Shown here piece after piece: positions 1 through 14,541 of a DNA stretch of 64,000 bases. Made by a program: the position numbers and the translations under genes. How positions within the stretch are numbered: the stretch's first letter is position 1; the number at the start of each line of letters is the position of its first letter. Under the pieces are notes generated by a model. It had not been told where the DNA came from and did no database searches. It saw only the letters and a program-made list of their open reading frames with translations. This DNA comes from Octopus sinensis (taxonomy: Eukaryota). The stretch lies in the NCBI RefSeq assembly GCF_006345805.1, contig NC_043001.1, positions 68,758,001 to 68,822,000 of the forward strand, in the 5' to 3' direction.

Positions 1-699
1 TGTATGCATATATATATATGTATATATATGTTTGTACTTACACAAATGTATGCATATATATTCGTACATATACACGTGCGTATATCAGCACAACTTATAT
101 AGTAATAATTACATATATAGACTATGTTAAAGTTATATGTTTTTAATAAATAAATACTATTAGAAAAGATAGGTTGTTAGGGTTAGGTTTTGAGGGGTTT
201 AATGTTTAGAATTGCTCAGTTAATATGTTAGAAAATGAAAAAAATGGACGAGTGGTGGGAAGGAAACATAAAAGTATCATATAATGAAATAAAACAGAAA
301 CTAGTAGAATTTAAAGGAGCATGTATTAAGGGATATATTATAATGTAGTGTAATGTGCTTGTAATAATTAGTTATTAGCTATATAAATAGGTAAATTGGG
401 GATACAGATGTGCCAAAATGTAAACTTGAATTTGAATTTCCATATATTGATGAATAACGACCTATAAGATACATATTATAACGGGCAGTTTTCAAACATT
501 CATCTATGCTTGATTTTGAATATGAAACATATTGAAGAGATCGCTGTTCATCTATACCTTTCCTGAACTGTATCTGGTACCAAACCAATTGAAACAATTT
601 ATTAATTTGTATGTATAACCGTTGAATAATAGTTTTATATCTTCTAACCCATCCTTTATTTATTTTATTATATAAATTTCCCCCTTGCATTTCTTTTTC

Positions 700-3330
700 A
701 TCGTGACATCATCCAGTCAGGTCGATTGCCCGGGCTAGCCTGACTACCTCTCTCCTTCCCTCCCGATCTTCCATTAGTGTTTTTAGGTCTCCAACTTGGT
801 ATCCAACATATTTTGCAAGGTGTTGTATATACGTCTTCTGTGGTCTTCCAGCCGCTGTAGTACCATGATTTGATGTCCACAGCAACACATTACAATTTCT
901 TCGTTGCTTCTCAAGTAGTAGTCAGCAAACCTCAATCTCTGCTCTTGGATGGTTGAGGAGAGAGTCGATATGTTCCTATATAGCCGTTATTTTGTTGGAA
1001 GTGGCCTCCAAGAGATGTTGAGCAGTGCACGTAACATTCTCATGTAGGAACTGTCCAGCATGCACCTGAGTCTCTTGGTGAGAGGCCAAGTCGAAGATCC
1101 ACACACAAGCGCAGATTCAACAACTGCTCTAAAGAACTGTCTCTTCAAATCATCTGGTAGGATTGATTTCTGTATTGTTCTAAGACCGTCTATAGTTGCC
1201 CAAGCCTTAGCAACTCAAGATTTGATATCTTTTTCAGTGATCACAATATTGTTGCTTAGGTTAGTAAACCCATTTACATTTTTCAATGGTTTGTTTGATG
1301 GTCCTGATTTCACCCGTTGTGTTCAAGGTGATAAACTCTGTCTTCTTTTCATTCACATATAGTCCTATGTTAGAGGCAACATTTTCCAGGAGATGGAGTA
1401 AATGTTTAGCATCTTTTGTGTTATCTACGAAGAGCGCTATGTCATCAGCATAAGCGGCGTCAGTCAAATAGGTTGTCGGATATCTTCCGCTTCTAGACTT
1501 CTGTTAAGTGTAACCCAGATCATAATCGAGACACAAGATGAACAAGTAAGGAGCCAATTCGACACCCTGCAGTACTCCTACACGAACATCAAGAAGTCAG
1601 TATCTCCATCTGGTGACCGCACTTTCGCTCGGGTGTTTATATACAGCATCATTACTGCCTTTTATTGTTTCATCAGGTATTTCTTATACCCTAAGAATTT
1701 CTGCCATCTTATCTCTGTGTACATAATCAAAAGCCTTGCGGAAATCAACAAAGAGCAGAACTGCAGTAAGGTTTTTGGCTTGTACTCCTTCCAACGTCTT
1801 CCTAACTTTGAGAATTTGGCCAAATGTAGAGCGGCTCTTGCTAAATCCATTTTGATTTTCCCTAAGAAATCTTTCAATTTGAGGATGGATTCGATTAAGT
1901 AGCAATGCATTGTAAATCTTCGCTGCAATTGGTGTTAATGTAATTCCTCTGTAGGTTATAGCAGGGCCCAAATCCCCTTTTGTGGGAGAAAGGCAGAATA
2001 TATCCTTCTGTTCAGACTTTTATTCTGCTTTAATGATATACCGAGTTGCACGATTTCTGAAGAATATCATTGAAATTGCCTGTTTTCTAGACTCCAGGAG
2101 GGATGTCATCCAATCCTGCAGCCTTTCGGTTTTTGGTCTTCCTCAGTACGACTTCAAGCTTTTCTATCGAGAAGGGTCCTTGCTTGATATCCAGGACCTC
2201 CTCAACAATACGATGGATCCTCTGGTTTGATATAATCAGTGATTAACTAAGTAGGTTTGGAAAATGGTCTTTCCACTCACTCAGTTTCTCCTGTAGGCTA
2301 GAGACCTTCAACTTCGCTTTGGAGGATTTCTCCCGACCACTCTCTTCATTTACTGTCTGCCACGCCAATGAAGACTGTTTGTTGTCTGCTGTGTTTTTGA
2401 TGTTGTTGATTTGGTTTTGAATGTATTTTTGCTGTTCCTTCTGATATAATACGTTAAGTTCTTTCACCGCCTTCGTTTTTCTATTCTCGTAGGATTCCTG
2501 TTGTCTCAAAGGGATGTATTTTTGAGAGGTTGGACGAAGGTGAGATATGTTGTGTTTGGTGTGTGATCTTCGTTTGCACTTTCTGACGCATGGAAGCAAT
2601 TTCTGAGCTTGATCGTGAAATCATTTCGGACTTTCTCGCTGTACGTCAGAATAGCCCAGCTGTAGGACGGTCTTGAGATTCCTTTTATTTTGTTTGCTCG
2701 GAGGTTTACCTGAAGCTCGATGGTCAGATGATACACCAAAGAAAGTGTTGTATGCTTCACAGTTGTGGCAGATGTTAATCCACATTTTGTTCATGATATG
2801 ATAGTCTATCTGAGAATTGAATTCGTTTGGGAAAGAATGGATCCACTTCTTTCCCGGTCCCTTTTGAAAACAACTGTTCAGGCATTGAAATTTGCTTTTA
2901 ACTAAAAAATGCTCTTAGTGTTCTCCATTTCGATTTGACGTTTGACGTAGCGAGTACTTATGATGGGGATTGTCATGGCCTAATTGGGCATTCATATCAC
3001 CACCAATGATGAGGATGTTGTGTTTGGGTATAGATCGTACAAGGGACGATAAATCATTGTAAAATCATCGCTGTCATTTGTTGGGCTGTAGCAGCAAGTG
3101 ACAGTATTAGAAGGGTTATTGTTGGAATTGGCAACTATTATTCTAGATGTTATTTTCTCAATGCTGTTTAGTGGTTTCAGAGCATGCGGACTGAGTAATA
3201 GTCCTACACCGCCGATGGTGCTATCAATAAAATTGTTCCATGCAGAAAGTCCAGTTGCTATTGATTTCGTGATCATCGTGGAACAGACGATGTTCTTGTA
3301 CACGCAAGATGTCAATATGAAAGTTAATAA
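700..3330 (-). mobile_element. Degenerate RTE-clade LINE (APE endonuclease + reverse transcriptase), many stops and frameshifts
   Basis: APE-like fragment GVGLLLSPHALKPLNSIEKITSRIIVA...CCYSPTN (2992-3342). RT fragments YRGITLTPIAAKIYNALLLNRI...NQNGF...LLFVDFRKAFDYVHR (1684-1971) and AAYADDIALFVD (1261-1467). Confidence 0.9.
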
Positions 3331-4022
3331 CCGATGCAGCAATTATTTTTGTTTTTATTTAAATTATTATTCCTTTAAATGTTTATATTATATATGTATT
3401 CTTTTTATTAAAATTTTTCCTATATATTTATTTTCCAATATATATATATATGTATTCTTGAATTTCCTTTTGTTATTCATTTTAATTTTATCCTTCCTAT
3501 CTTCTTTCTTTTCATTATCTTAGGTTAGTTTTAGTTTTTGTTTTTATTTTTATTTATATTTACTTTATTTATTTTGTACTATATAGAATATTCACGAATA
3601 ACTCACCACCTAGATGCACTTACTATATATAGGATGTAACTTCTTAATCTTATTAATACTCTGTATGCATTCGTCAAACGAAAAAATGTTAACCCAAGTT
3701 CTATATGCTCATAATAACCCTGAAGAATTTCTGCCCCATATAGTTAGAAAATGATATCTTTCTTAGCATTTAGCCAAATGGTTGGAAGTTCATATCAACT
3801 AGGGGCTAGTACTGAAACATATATATAGATTTTTTTCACATTTATGAGCTTTACATCTTGTAATTTATTGGTATTGTTATGTTTTTTAAAATTTCAACAT
3901 GATATAAATTATACAACCATTTCTTTCTCTCTCTTTATATTATATATATAATATATATATATATTATATATATATATATATTCGATCGATTTATCTATAG
4001 AGCAGATATCTATCTATCTATC

Positions 4023-4078
<56 letters not shown>

Positions 4079-4110
4079 ATATATATTATATATAATTATT
4101 ATATATATTA

Positions 4111-4547
4111 TTGAAGTGGAGTTGAACGAATTGAACAGAAATCGTTTTATTGATTCAAACTCGACAATTTACCAAATCGATTGATAAGGACAGTAGATTT
4201 TGTCTGCCCATATAATAACCTAATATTCTTAAATAGTCAGAACTTAGTGTCGGTCACAAAGAACATCTACGCACCCCTGCTCTCACCACTGACCGCTGCT
4301 GACCTGTTAAAATCTTCAACGCACCACCACCCGATTTCAAATAATGATAAATTGGCCATGGGCTCTTGGAGCACGTTCGATGTTTTGCTGCGCCTCCGGT
4401 TTTGCCAACGGATTCTATTCTTCCGGAAGAGAAAGACACAATATGGTCTCCTATTCAATCGGAATTTGGTAAATTGTGGCTTCGAAACACGTGTAGAAGG
4501 CAATAAAACGATTTCTGTTCAATCTTCGTTCAACTCCATTTCTTCAA
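4111..4547 (+). mobile_element. Small non-coding element with ~45-bp terminal inverted repeats and a hammerhead-like motif
   Basis: 4111-4152 is the reverse complement of 4501-4547 apart from small indels. HHR-like motif at 4416-4505. Confidence 0.6.
4416..4505 (+). ncRNA. Type I hammerhead-like ribozyme with variant core CGGAAGA
   Basis: cttc-CGGAAGA-gaa...ttc-GAAAC-acgt-GTA-gaag. Stem I cttc/gaag, palindromic ACGT loop III. U4 is replaced by G, so it is probably inactive. Confidence 0.55.
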
Positions 4548-4742
4548 TTCACTAATAATATAAAATTCAATTATCCGCACCAAAACGCACGGTTGCAACA
4601 CCTATGGTTGTACCTCCAACCGTGCTGTCTTCTGCTGTGATTTTTGCTACCAAGGTATCGGTTAACTTTTGATTAATCTGAACAAGATTATTCATCTTTC
4701 TATTTCACCAAATATATATATATATATTATATATATACATAC

Positions 4743-4775
<33 letters not shown>

Positions 4776-4800
4776 ATACACATATATAGATATATATATA

Positions 4801-4846
<46 letters not shown>

Positions 4847-4870
4847 ATATATATATATATATATATGTAT

Positions 4871-4909
<39 letters not shown>

Positions 4910-5682
4910 TTTGCTCTATAGATAAATCGATCGATAGATAGATATACTAAATCACAGGGGCTAGTTTGACATGGTAGATAACTACAATCGACATCAACAG
5001 CATTGTCTTGGACACGAGGTTATGAGATATTTATAGTTCTGATATTGCTTGGATACTCCATCATATTATCTTGCAAATGTTAAATGAGGAGTCATTCAGA
5101 GTGACGACGCAGTCAGAACACCTGCTGTGTCTCTTTCTAATGACCAAGTCTTCGTAGTCTTCGTTGCAACTGTCCATGCCATGTCTTAAAGCCCTTACAT
5201 TCATGATGTCGGTAATTAATATCCAGATCGAATCATACAAGTAACTCTTTTCCGATATTGAGATTGCTACCATTCCTCCATGTAAGCTAGGACTTTCTCA
5301 ATCGCAATTTTAATCTATAAGTTGACTGGTCAAAAATACAAAAGACATCTGTCTCAAGACATCCCTATTGCGCCTGAAAGTTATTTTCTAATATTTACTA
5401 CAGATTGCTTGAAGATAACCTTCTTCCTACACTTCGATCCCTGCCCACATATGCATATAGACATACGTATAAATGTGCGTATATATATGTATGTATATAT
5501 GCATATGATAATATAAATAATATATATATATACGTATATATGTGTGTGTGTATATATTCATATACATATGTATGCATGTATATATGTATCTCTCTCTCTC
5601 TCTCTCTCACTGTATATATATAGTGAGAGAGGGAGAAATACATACATACATGAATACATATGTATATGAATATATATATATA

Positions 5683-5837
5683 TATAATCACCGAATCTGG
5701 AACTTAAGTATGGCTTATCCATAGCACTTATTCAGCATTACCTGACACCTTTGGGCCTCACTGACGCCATTACCTCCCAGGTGTCAGGTAATGGGCTATG
5801 GATAAACCATACTTAAGTTCCATATTCGGTGATTATA
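5683..5837. mobile_element. ~155-bp fold-back MITE in a (TA)n context
   Basis: Outer arms 5683-5725 and 5795-5837 (2 mismatches). Inner arms cattacctgacacct/aggtgtcaggtaatg. Confidence 0.7.
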
Positions 5838-6232
5838 TATATATGATGCTGTTACGTAACTTTATTCAAGTTTATGATCGTTTCGAATGGCTATAGGGAA
5901 TATTTCATATCAATTCACATATAAAATTAATCAACAAATATAGGAATTAGAAATCCATATTTCTTCAATCAATAAACATATAAATATATAAATTACTATA
6001 TTAATACTTAAACAAATATTATAGATATCATTCCGAAAATATTTATGAAATAAACAAAAAAAAAATTCTAAACCTAAAAACTTATTACTTATCGTTTATA
6101 AAATTAGTTGCGAAAAAAGTTCTCTTCTTCTTCTTCTTCTTCTTCTTATTATTATTATATTATTATATTATTATTATTATTATTATTATTATTTATTATT
6201 ATTATTATTATATTATTATAATTATAATTATA

Positions 6233-6282
<50 letters not shown>

Positions 6283-6862
6283 AATTAGCAGTACTAAAAA
6301 TATAATAAAAAGCTTTACTTATACTAAAATATTTTTATAATCTAAATCACAAAGTGACAAACTAATATTTTACATTTTAAGTTCAGATATAATAATTATA
6401 AAATAATAATAATTAAATAAATGTACGCATTTAAATTATCATTAACAAATAAAAAAAAATTAGAAATTCATATATATCAATCAATACTTATATAGATTAC
6501 ATTATTATTTTTTAAATAAAAATGTATGCTTATCTCTCTGAAGATGTATTATGAACTAAAAAATTTCAAAACGAAAAACGTATTACTTAGTGTTTATAAA
6601 TTTGCTCGTGAAGACGTGGCTTAAAAAATAGAACAAAGAGATGGAAATATACATTTTTATCAATGAAAACTTCAAATTTATCTTAGCTTTAACAAAAAGA
6701 ATATTGCACAATAGTGTTTTTTTCTAATTTATATATTTTATATATTTATATTGTGAAATTTGATTTAATACTAAATTAAATTTTCCCTGTAATTTTGAAG
6801 TTATATTCCTAATAGTATCATAATAATAAAATAATATTATTATTATATATATATAATATATA

Positions 6863-6900
<38 letters not shown>

Positions 6901-6922
6901 TAACAATAACGAAATAACGAAC

Positions 6923-7500
6923 AATTTTGGATGGAAATTCATGAATACCTCTCCTGAAAGCACATGTTTTTAGTGGCTTTATTGTCCATCCATAGACCAT
7001 TACAAATACGATTTGCAATATGCATGGATTTAAGGGAAGTCATTATTACGTATTCGTTTCCTTTTGCATCTTTTCTTTCTGCTCTTATATTATTTAGTCT
7101 TCCTCTCTTTTCTTCTTCTTACCCACATACGCCTACTTGCACAAATCAAGATACAACATAAAATACTACCTATATACTCCCTTCTGTACTACTTCTATAT
7201 ATCTATCTCTATGATCAGTCAAAATATTCAAAGGAACTGCTCATAAATCTCACAGAACCTTCTGTTTCGTGTAAGTTGGTAAATATCCTTTAGCTAAACA
7301 TTGGATACAACCAGAACACTAATGCAATTCTTGCCTGAATAAACAAATACCTGTAATAATGGCTCCCCTTCAAATCAATCGACATCGCAAATCGTATTTG
7401 TAGCGTCTTACGGATGGAGAATGCAGTCACAAAAATATGTGCTTTGTGGAAATGTACGAAACAATGCATTGAAGTGTTTATGAATTTCCATCCAAAATTT
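6923..7500. repeat. Old diverged inverted repeat (arms ~6923-7060 and ~7345-7500)
   Basis: Shared blocks ttttggatggaaattcat, aaagcacat, tacaaatacgatttgc and cattattac occur in opposite orientation. Confidence 0.65.
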
Positions 7501-8377
7501 CCAGATACTGCTATATTTATTCTACGATATACCGGCACCAGACTAGTACATTTTCATAAAATTAGTCTGGAAGATTGGAATAATAATAATACCATAGGAG
7601 CATTTTATAAGCGCACAGAAGAACGTTCCTCATATATATGGCCAGTAAGGGTCATAGAATCATGAAGTTACACACCCCATTAGATTTTGAATGTTTTAAA
7701 ATGCTAAGGTTCATGTATGTACCTGATAAACACGTTTTTTTCTGATGATGTATTGTCTCCATTAATCAATTAAAAATTCACTGGAAGCAGCTGCAGTGAA
7801 TTGACACACCATCCATCTGTTGTTATTTATTCATTTATATATATATATATATATATATTCAGCAGAAACCTCAGTACAACCAAGAATGAAATAAAGAGGC
7901 AACTTTCATCAATAAATATCTTCCACAACTCAATATGAACACATAACATAATACAGAACACTACTAACCATTCACTACCACTAAGCCCCATATACCATTC
8001 ACATTACAGATCTATATCTACCCTAATTGCACCCAATCCAGAATTACTTACCTCCCTTATTTATAACCTTTTTACCCGGGGACTAGTAGACCTGACACCG
8101 TCCAGTAATCGGTGTACATTCAAAGCAACGATTAGTAACTTTATGAAACCGGTATGCTTTTAAATCTCTTTAGCAATTCACAATAATGGCTTTTAGTACT
8201 TTTTTTCCTACCTCAGTTAATCTGATTATATATATCTATCGTTATTTTTCATAGAATGTATTTTTTGATTTCCAGTGTGCATTTTCACTTATTTTTCCTC
8301 TTACTTTCCCCTTCCATTTCCACGTGTAATATAGTTTCTATTTTCTTTTAGTAACATTTCTTCATGAATTTTATATT

Positions 8378-8425
<48 letters not shown>

Positions 8426-8596
8426 GCATACAGGTATGTGTTTTTTCAATGTGTATAAATAACAAGGACAAAATAAATAATTACCAGGGTAGCAAAAATT
8501 CACATAAGTGCCAAGGATATTACAGCCTACTTATAAAGGTAGACATTCTACGGTTAAGAGGAATGTTTTTGAAAAACATGGATAACATAAGAAACG

Positions 8597-9184
8597 GAGT
8601 CAAACGCAGGTGTTATTCAAATCATTTATACTTCCAACATATGTTCCGAATAAAGAAATGAGATTATTGCGGAGGGAAAAAATGATGCTAAACACTGCAA
8701 ACATCTCGTCAGGGAAAAAGAAAAGGGGAACAAAACACATTAATAAGCCATTTTAACCGAATGTGATTACCCCGTAAATGATGAAGGGGAACGTTAGCAA
8801 GATATTTTTTAAAAAATCGTTAATAGATTTAACATCAAAGATAATTTACAGAACGAGAAGGAGGAGAAAGAAAGAAATTAATAGAAAATTAAGAGTGGGA
8901 AAAAGCAGTGTGATAGATGAATGGGAATAAAGTTTAAAAGCGTGGAAATAGATATATGTAGTGTAAATGAAATCTATTAATGGTTCTCAAAAAAATAACT
9001 TGCTAGCGTTTCCCTTCATTCGGTTAAAATGGCTTATTCATGTATTTTGTTTCTCCTTTTTTCTTACTGATGAGATTATTGCATTTTCTTATATCATTTT
9101 TATTCCCTCCGGAATAATCTCAATGCATTCTTCGAAACATATGCTGGAAGTATAAATGATTTGAATAACACTTGCATTTGACTC
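8597..9184 (+). mobile_element. PLE pLTR-like remnant with ~90-bp inverted termini and a degenerate hammerhead
   Basis: 8597-8686 is inverted at 9093-9184. CTGATGA at 9067 and GAAAC-atat at 9134, but stem I is poor. Confidence 0.45.
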
Positions 9185-10409
9185 AATTTCTTAATTTATA
9201 CCTCTCTCTCTCTGTATATATATATATATAGTTCTTTCTTTCTCTCTCTTTCTCTCTCTCTCTCTATACATATATATATATATATATGAAGAGAGAGAGA
9301 GAGAGAGAGAGAGGGGGACAGACAACCATCTTGCTTTAAATCTCTGAGCGAGAGATATACAGTAACAGTACAGGATAGTAATGTTTATTTGCCAACAGAA
9401 TGTGTCTGTCCTATAAAGGATGATATTACTGCTGTTGTTTTTTATAGGACTGCCACAATCTGTTGGCAAATAAACTTTACTATATATATATATATATGTG
9501 TGTGTGTATGTGTGTGTGTATGTATGTGTATGTGTGCGTGTATGTGTGTGTGTATGTGTGTGTGTATGTGTGTGTGTGTGTTCAAGTAATAAGGCAGTAC
9601 TCATAAAAATGCTTCTTAATGTATCATTGTACAAAGCATATAGAATATATGGTTTTTGAATTACGAAACCATATAGAATATATACTTTATACATACAGAC
9701 ACACACACATACTACACTGTTGGAGGTTTTATATTGTTATTAATGCATTGCTACATATACTTCGGCATTACATATATTTTTATAGGATCACCTCACCATA
9801 TCCTTAGTATATTATCAAATATTATTTAAAATATATTTGGACCCTATGAAAGCACATTCATTCGACATGCATACTCCTTCAGTCACATTTTGCGTTAATT
9901 TACGTCGGATTTCCTTGTTGCTTTGACTTCAGTATATAAATCACTCTACGCCAATCAAACTTTTCTGTTGGATTAATGGGCGATGCTCACGAATAGTTAC
10001 GCACTACTAGATAGATGGATGTATAAATGGAGGCAAGAACTTTCAGAGAGTTAGTTTGTTCGTTGTTTACATATCAGTGCTGGTGAATATGGAAGGTGGG
10101 AAAGAAAAAGTAAAAGAAAAGGAGGCGATAAAATTGTGTGTTGGATACAGTCAAGTGTGCACAGGCAGGAAGAGAGGACGAATATTAACATAGAGGAACT
10201 ATGAAACGCGAGAAAGCATTCCGAAAAGCACGCCTGATAGAATATACAGACTATTTTCCGGTGAAAGTATATTAAGGAACCCGCAGAATATTACAACTCG
10301 ATTCGGTTGACATGTAGATATACGTGCATAGGACAGCGATAATCCGAAAAGAAAGTAATTTGACAAAACAATGAAAAAGGATAAAACTAGAATAGTGTCA
10401 ATGTTAAAG

Positions 10410-11695
10410 AATCACCTTTGTCACCTCTATCCCCTTAATCGACCAGACTGCCAGGCGTCTTTTCGTCACCGCTGGTTACAACATGTCGTCCATTCCTCTG
10501 GATCGAGCCTTTCTTATCCACGTAGCTCCAAATGCTTGTGTTTCGTCAATCCACTATTTTGGATGCCTTCTGGGTGGCCACTTCCTCTCGCGCAGATACC
10601 ACTTGACAACTACGACAGTCCACCGATTGTCGATGAACCAAGCTACGTGTCAAGCCCATCTGAACTTCTGTCTGCTGCATTTGGTGATGATATCTGTCAC
10701 ACCAGATTTCTCTCTGATCGCTTCGCTTCGGATGTGCTCTTTCAGCGACACTCCTAATATCAATCATGAACGCTTTCCATCCGGCCCTTATTCTCTACGA
10801 GATCTCCTTATATGGCCCTTATTATCCGCCCTTATTCTCGTCCGAGATCTCCTTCTCCATGTCTCGGCGCATATTACAAACTACTAGACCAAGGTAGACA
10901 TATTCTTCCGTCTCCTCTACTTCTTCGTCTCCAGCCAGTGTTCGGTCTATCGCTGGATATTCGGACAGCATGAACTTGGTTTTCATGCGGTCCATTTCGA
11001 GGCCTACTTCTCTTGCGAGCTTCTGATGTCCTGCTCCGTCAGCATCGTCTGCAGCTGATCTGTGGTCTCGGTGATGAGTACGATGTCGTCAGTAAAACGG
11101 ATGTGGGTTAATGGCTCGTTGTTGATATCCACGTCACCTCGCCAGTCGATGTCTCTGATGTTCTGCTCAAGACAGACGGTGAAGAGTTTCAGAAAAAAAG
11201 TGTCTCCTTGCTTGATATCCTTCTCTTTCGGTAATGTTATGGATGACGACAGCAGAGATATGTCGGTGGTACATTCAGAATTCGCCTCTTGGAGAAGTTG
11301 AATTATTGTGCCTCGACTCCTTGTTCTAAAACGTTGATCTCAACGTTTTCGAAGGTCTCCTCATAGTCCACGAACGCGACACACAAAAGCAGTCTGTATT
11401 CTTTCATCTGTTCCTGCAACTGGCTGGGAGTGAATATGTGATCCATCGTGCTGTAATTTGTCCGGAAGCTTGCTTGTTCCCTTGATTGTTGTTCATCTAG
11501 TCGTTGTGATAATCAGTTTAAGATTATCTTCATGTACATCTTGTATATGTGGAACAACAGGCATATGGGACGAGAGTTCTTCAGATCTTCACTGTCTCTT
11601 TTCTTGTACGGCAGGTCGGTTTTCAACAGTTTCCCAAGATACCACGCAGTGGGACTGAATCCACAACCATATAGTTGGGAAGCAAGCTTCTTCAT
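10410..11695 (-). mobile_element. 5'-truncated degenerate RTE-clade LINE (RT and C-terminus)
   Basis: YKKRDSEDLKNSRPICLLFHIYK, VKQGDT...LFTVCLE and HIRFTDDIVLIT motifs; RTE-like C-terminal region. Confidence 0.85.
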
Positions 11696-12002
11696 TTTAC
11701 CGTGTATGTTTAGAAATTATTTTCATGTATAGAGGTAACCTTGTTGCTTGTTCTCTATTGTTTTCTCGGTAATATGAAAATCAATAGAAAAATTAATTTC
11801 GCATCGCGGAATTTCGTGTTACAGCCAGATTTTCAGGAACGCATTAGTTCTGTAAAACGTTCCTGAAAATTTGGCTGTAACGCAAAATTCTGTAATGCAA
11901 AATAATTTTTCTGTTGATTTTTATACTACCGAGAAAACAACAGAGAACAAGCACCACAATCACTTCTATTCATGAAAATAACTTCTAAATATACACAGTA
12001 AA
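11696..12002. mobile_element. ~305-bp diverged fold-back MITE, possibly Tc1/mariner-type
   Basis: Arms ~150 bp, e.g. tttaccgtgtatgtttagaaattattttcatg vs the reverse complement of 11970-12002. Centre gttacagccagattttcaggaacg/cgttcctgaaaatttggctgtaac. Ends are TA-flanked. Confidence 0.7.
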
Positions 12003-12249
12003 TTATAAATGAATCAAGACACAAAAGCATTTGCGGAAGTCAGGTAATCAATAAGAATCGTAGCATCGTGAGAGTACGTTCTTATCACAAGAGATATTGA
12101 CTGTTATATGAGGGGTGGTGGTGGTATGAGCATTACTAGAAGAATAAGGGACTATATTTACTGCATTATAATACATTATCACTAACATCAGCTTGAGGGG
12201 TGAAGAACTCCAAAGATATTTGTTGTTTGTGATGCATCATATCTTTGTA

Positions 12250-13170
12250 CAGCTCAATATAGGAATTGAACTCATTTTAATCTCCTCTAGTAATTTTTAT
12301 GTCACGTTCACTATTAGGATCATTAACAGCAAAAAGCTGCATACCTTTCGGAATAAGTGCCATCCCTTTAGATATAATGTTTATAGTTAATTTGAGTGAT
12401 TTAGGTGAGACTCTCACTGTTTGAAATGTATTCTCAGTTTGTTTTCTAACAATTTCATGGGGCCCAAGCAAATCAATCACATCCTTCGCTATGACTTCTT
12501 CGAATCCTACATCCTATCCAGTGTCATTTCTTTCCGAATTTGATGTAGATTTGAAGAAAACTTGTAATGTCACGGAAACAGTCTAGCCATATACGTAACT
12601 AAGCACTGTTCAATGTTGAAGGTTCTACTTCATCCCATGACTTAGCTGTATTATCCACAGCATCTATTATTTTTTCCAGAGTCTATTGAAGGTTTATCCT
12701 CCTTGTCAATTGGTTTCATAATTTGCTTCAAAGTTCTTCTTATATAAAATGTCTTGATCCATTAACTAGAGTAAAGAAGTTTTATTCCTGGGGATATATT
12801 CTACTCTCACATTACGGGAAAGGTTATCTCAGTTTGGTGGGTGGCTCGGTGCATTGTCTAAAAGACGCGATGGTCAAAATTACCATCGTGTTTACCGGCA
12901 CAATACGCCAATTCTGATTCTCGGTCTATACACTCAAAAGTCGTTCCATTTTAAGCATTATATTAGGTCTAGGAAAAAATAAGGTCCGGACAGTTAATGC
13001 AATAACTTCTTCAGCACTCGAGATAATTTTCTGTCTGTTGTCACGTATTTTCCCCACTGTAGACGTTGCAAGACTTAACGTTTTAGCAATATAACTCAAG
13101 TTTTACTTCCGCATCAATTATTTTTTCAATATCCAGTGTAATCCCTTTGCGTTCCTTTTCGCACTACTGC
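12250..13170 (-). pseudogene. Tigger/pogo-type DNA transposase relic (CENP-B-like HTH N-terminus + C-terminus, internally deleted)
   Basis: Manual translation gives RKGITLDI...SYIAKTLSLATSTVGKIRDNRQKI and FYIRRTLKQI...DAVDNTAKSWDEVEPSTLN, matching the Tigger-like pattern. Confidence 0.7.
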
Positions 13171-14465
13171 CTTTAGATTTATTTGATAGCTTCTTTCAGG
13201 ACATCTTAAATTGATTAATTATCCGTAACAAATATGTAGCATAGAAGAAAAAACCGAAATGCCCCCCTCCCCCCCAAAAAGATCTCATCTGTGAAAACGG
13301 GAAATTGATTTATTCGAATTGATGCCAATGATGCCAAAATGAAAATGAGATGAAAAGGTGAATGTCTGGGGAAGAGAAGGTACTATATGATTACAGTTTG
13401 CTGAAGGTTCACTAAATTTAATAGAAAATTCGCCCCTTGCCCTTCTGACTTAAGACGTAAATACACACACGCACGCACACACACACAATCACACACAGAG
13501 GCACAGACCTCCATGCACACACGTGTTGGTGTACATGCCAATATCTGTTGCAGCCGGTTGGAATCAGATTTGGTAGGTTGATAGAGGGGATGATGAAGGT
13601 TGCTTTGGTTTAGATATCAGTGACTGTGAGCGTGTATGATAGGTGTTGTAGTGGTTGATAATTGCGTTGAGGTGGCTGGTTAGGCACAAGTAAATCCTCA
13701 TGGACTTGAGATCGAAAACATTTCAATCAGTTTTTAAAATACACTAGGAGTACCGCAATATATATATATTTATTTGAAATGGATTTGTTTACCGACTTCA
13801 TACTATATATTACTGTTGGTGTTTGAGGTTGCGTTCGTGTCGATGATACAAGCACACATTCAGACATACACTCATGTATATATATATATATATACATGCG
13901 TGCATACATACATACATAGACGTATGCATACATACATGTGTACATACATATATGCACATTCACATGCATATATATATTTATATGTATATAGCCATAGCAT
14001 GTACGATATAAATGTATGTACAGTATACAGACATATGTGTGTGTATTTGTGAATGCATTTGTGTGTGTGTGTGTGTGTGAACATGTATGTGAGTAACCTG
14101 ATGATAGTTTCTTAAGTCTCTATCTATATACCTTGTCTTCACTAAAACACTAGTGGCCATTTACCCAAGAGTAAATTGAAGGTTTAAACTGTTAACGATT
14201 CAAATCGTTGCTATAAGAGTTTCCGCAAAAGCAATATTGCAGATTGTATCCCGAAATTAGTGGCCATACTTTACAATTTCTGTAAGCGTGAAATCCCATT
14301 ACCTGAGGTATGCTTGTGCATATATATATATATAATATATATATATATAATATATATAGAAATTCGGGGTGAGTACTTGATAATTATAAGCACCTGTGTA
14401 TACCGTTTGGTGGTGTAGGTGGTGGAGTAAATTGATCAAAATAAAAACATGATGCCAAGGATTCA

Positions 14466-14541
14466 GCGGTACATATGTTTCGGGCCTTTATTAGACAGAT
14501 TTATAACAATGCATAATGTATCTGTGGCCTTCTTCAGCCGC
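14466..14541 (-). ncRNA. Type I hammerhead ribozyme (intact core)
   Basis: gcgg-CTGAAGA-a-ggcc...ggcc-c-GAAAC-atat-GTA-ccgc. Stem I gcgg/ccgc, palindromic ACATATGT stem III. Confidence 0.8.

Noticed and set aside
379-690. 103-aa minus-strand ORF and possible PLE-like fragments
   Set aside because: Only vague similarity (FNGYTYKLIN) with no diagnostic motif; AT-rich and unassignable.
3718-3770. CTGAAGA-atttct...agaaaat hammerhead-like start
   Set aside because: No GAAAC, stem III or stem I partner.
6538-6595. CTGAAGA...GAAAACGT motif
   Set aside because: No stem I and no valid cleavage triplet; at best a heavily decayed relic.
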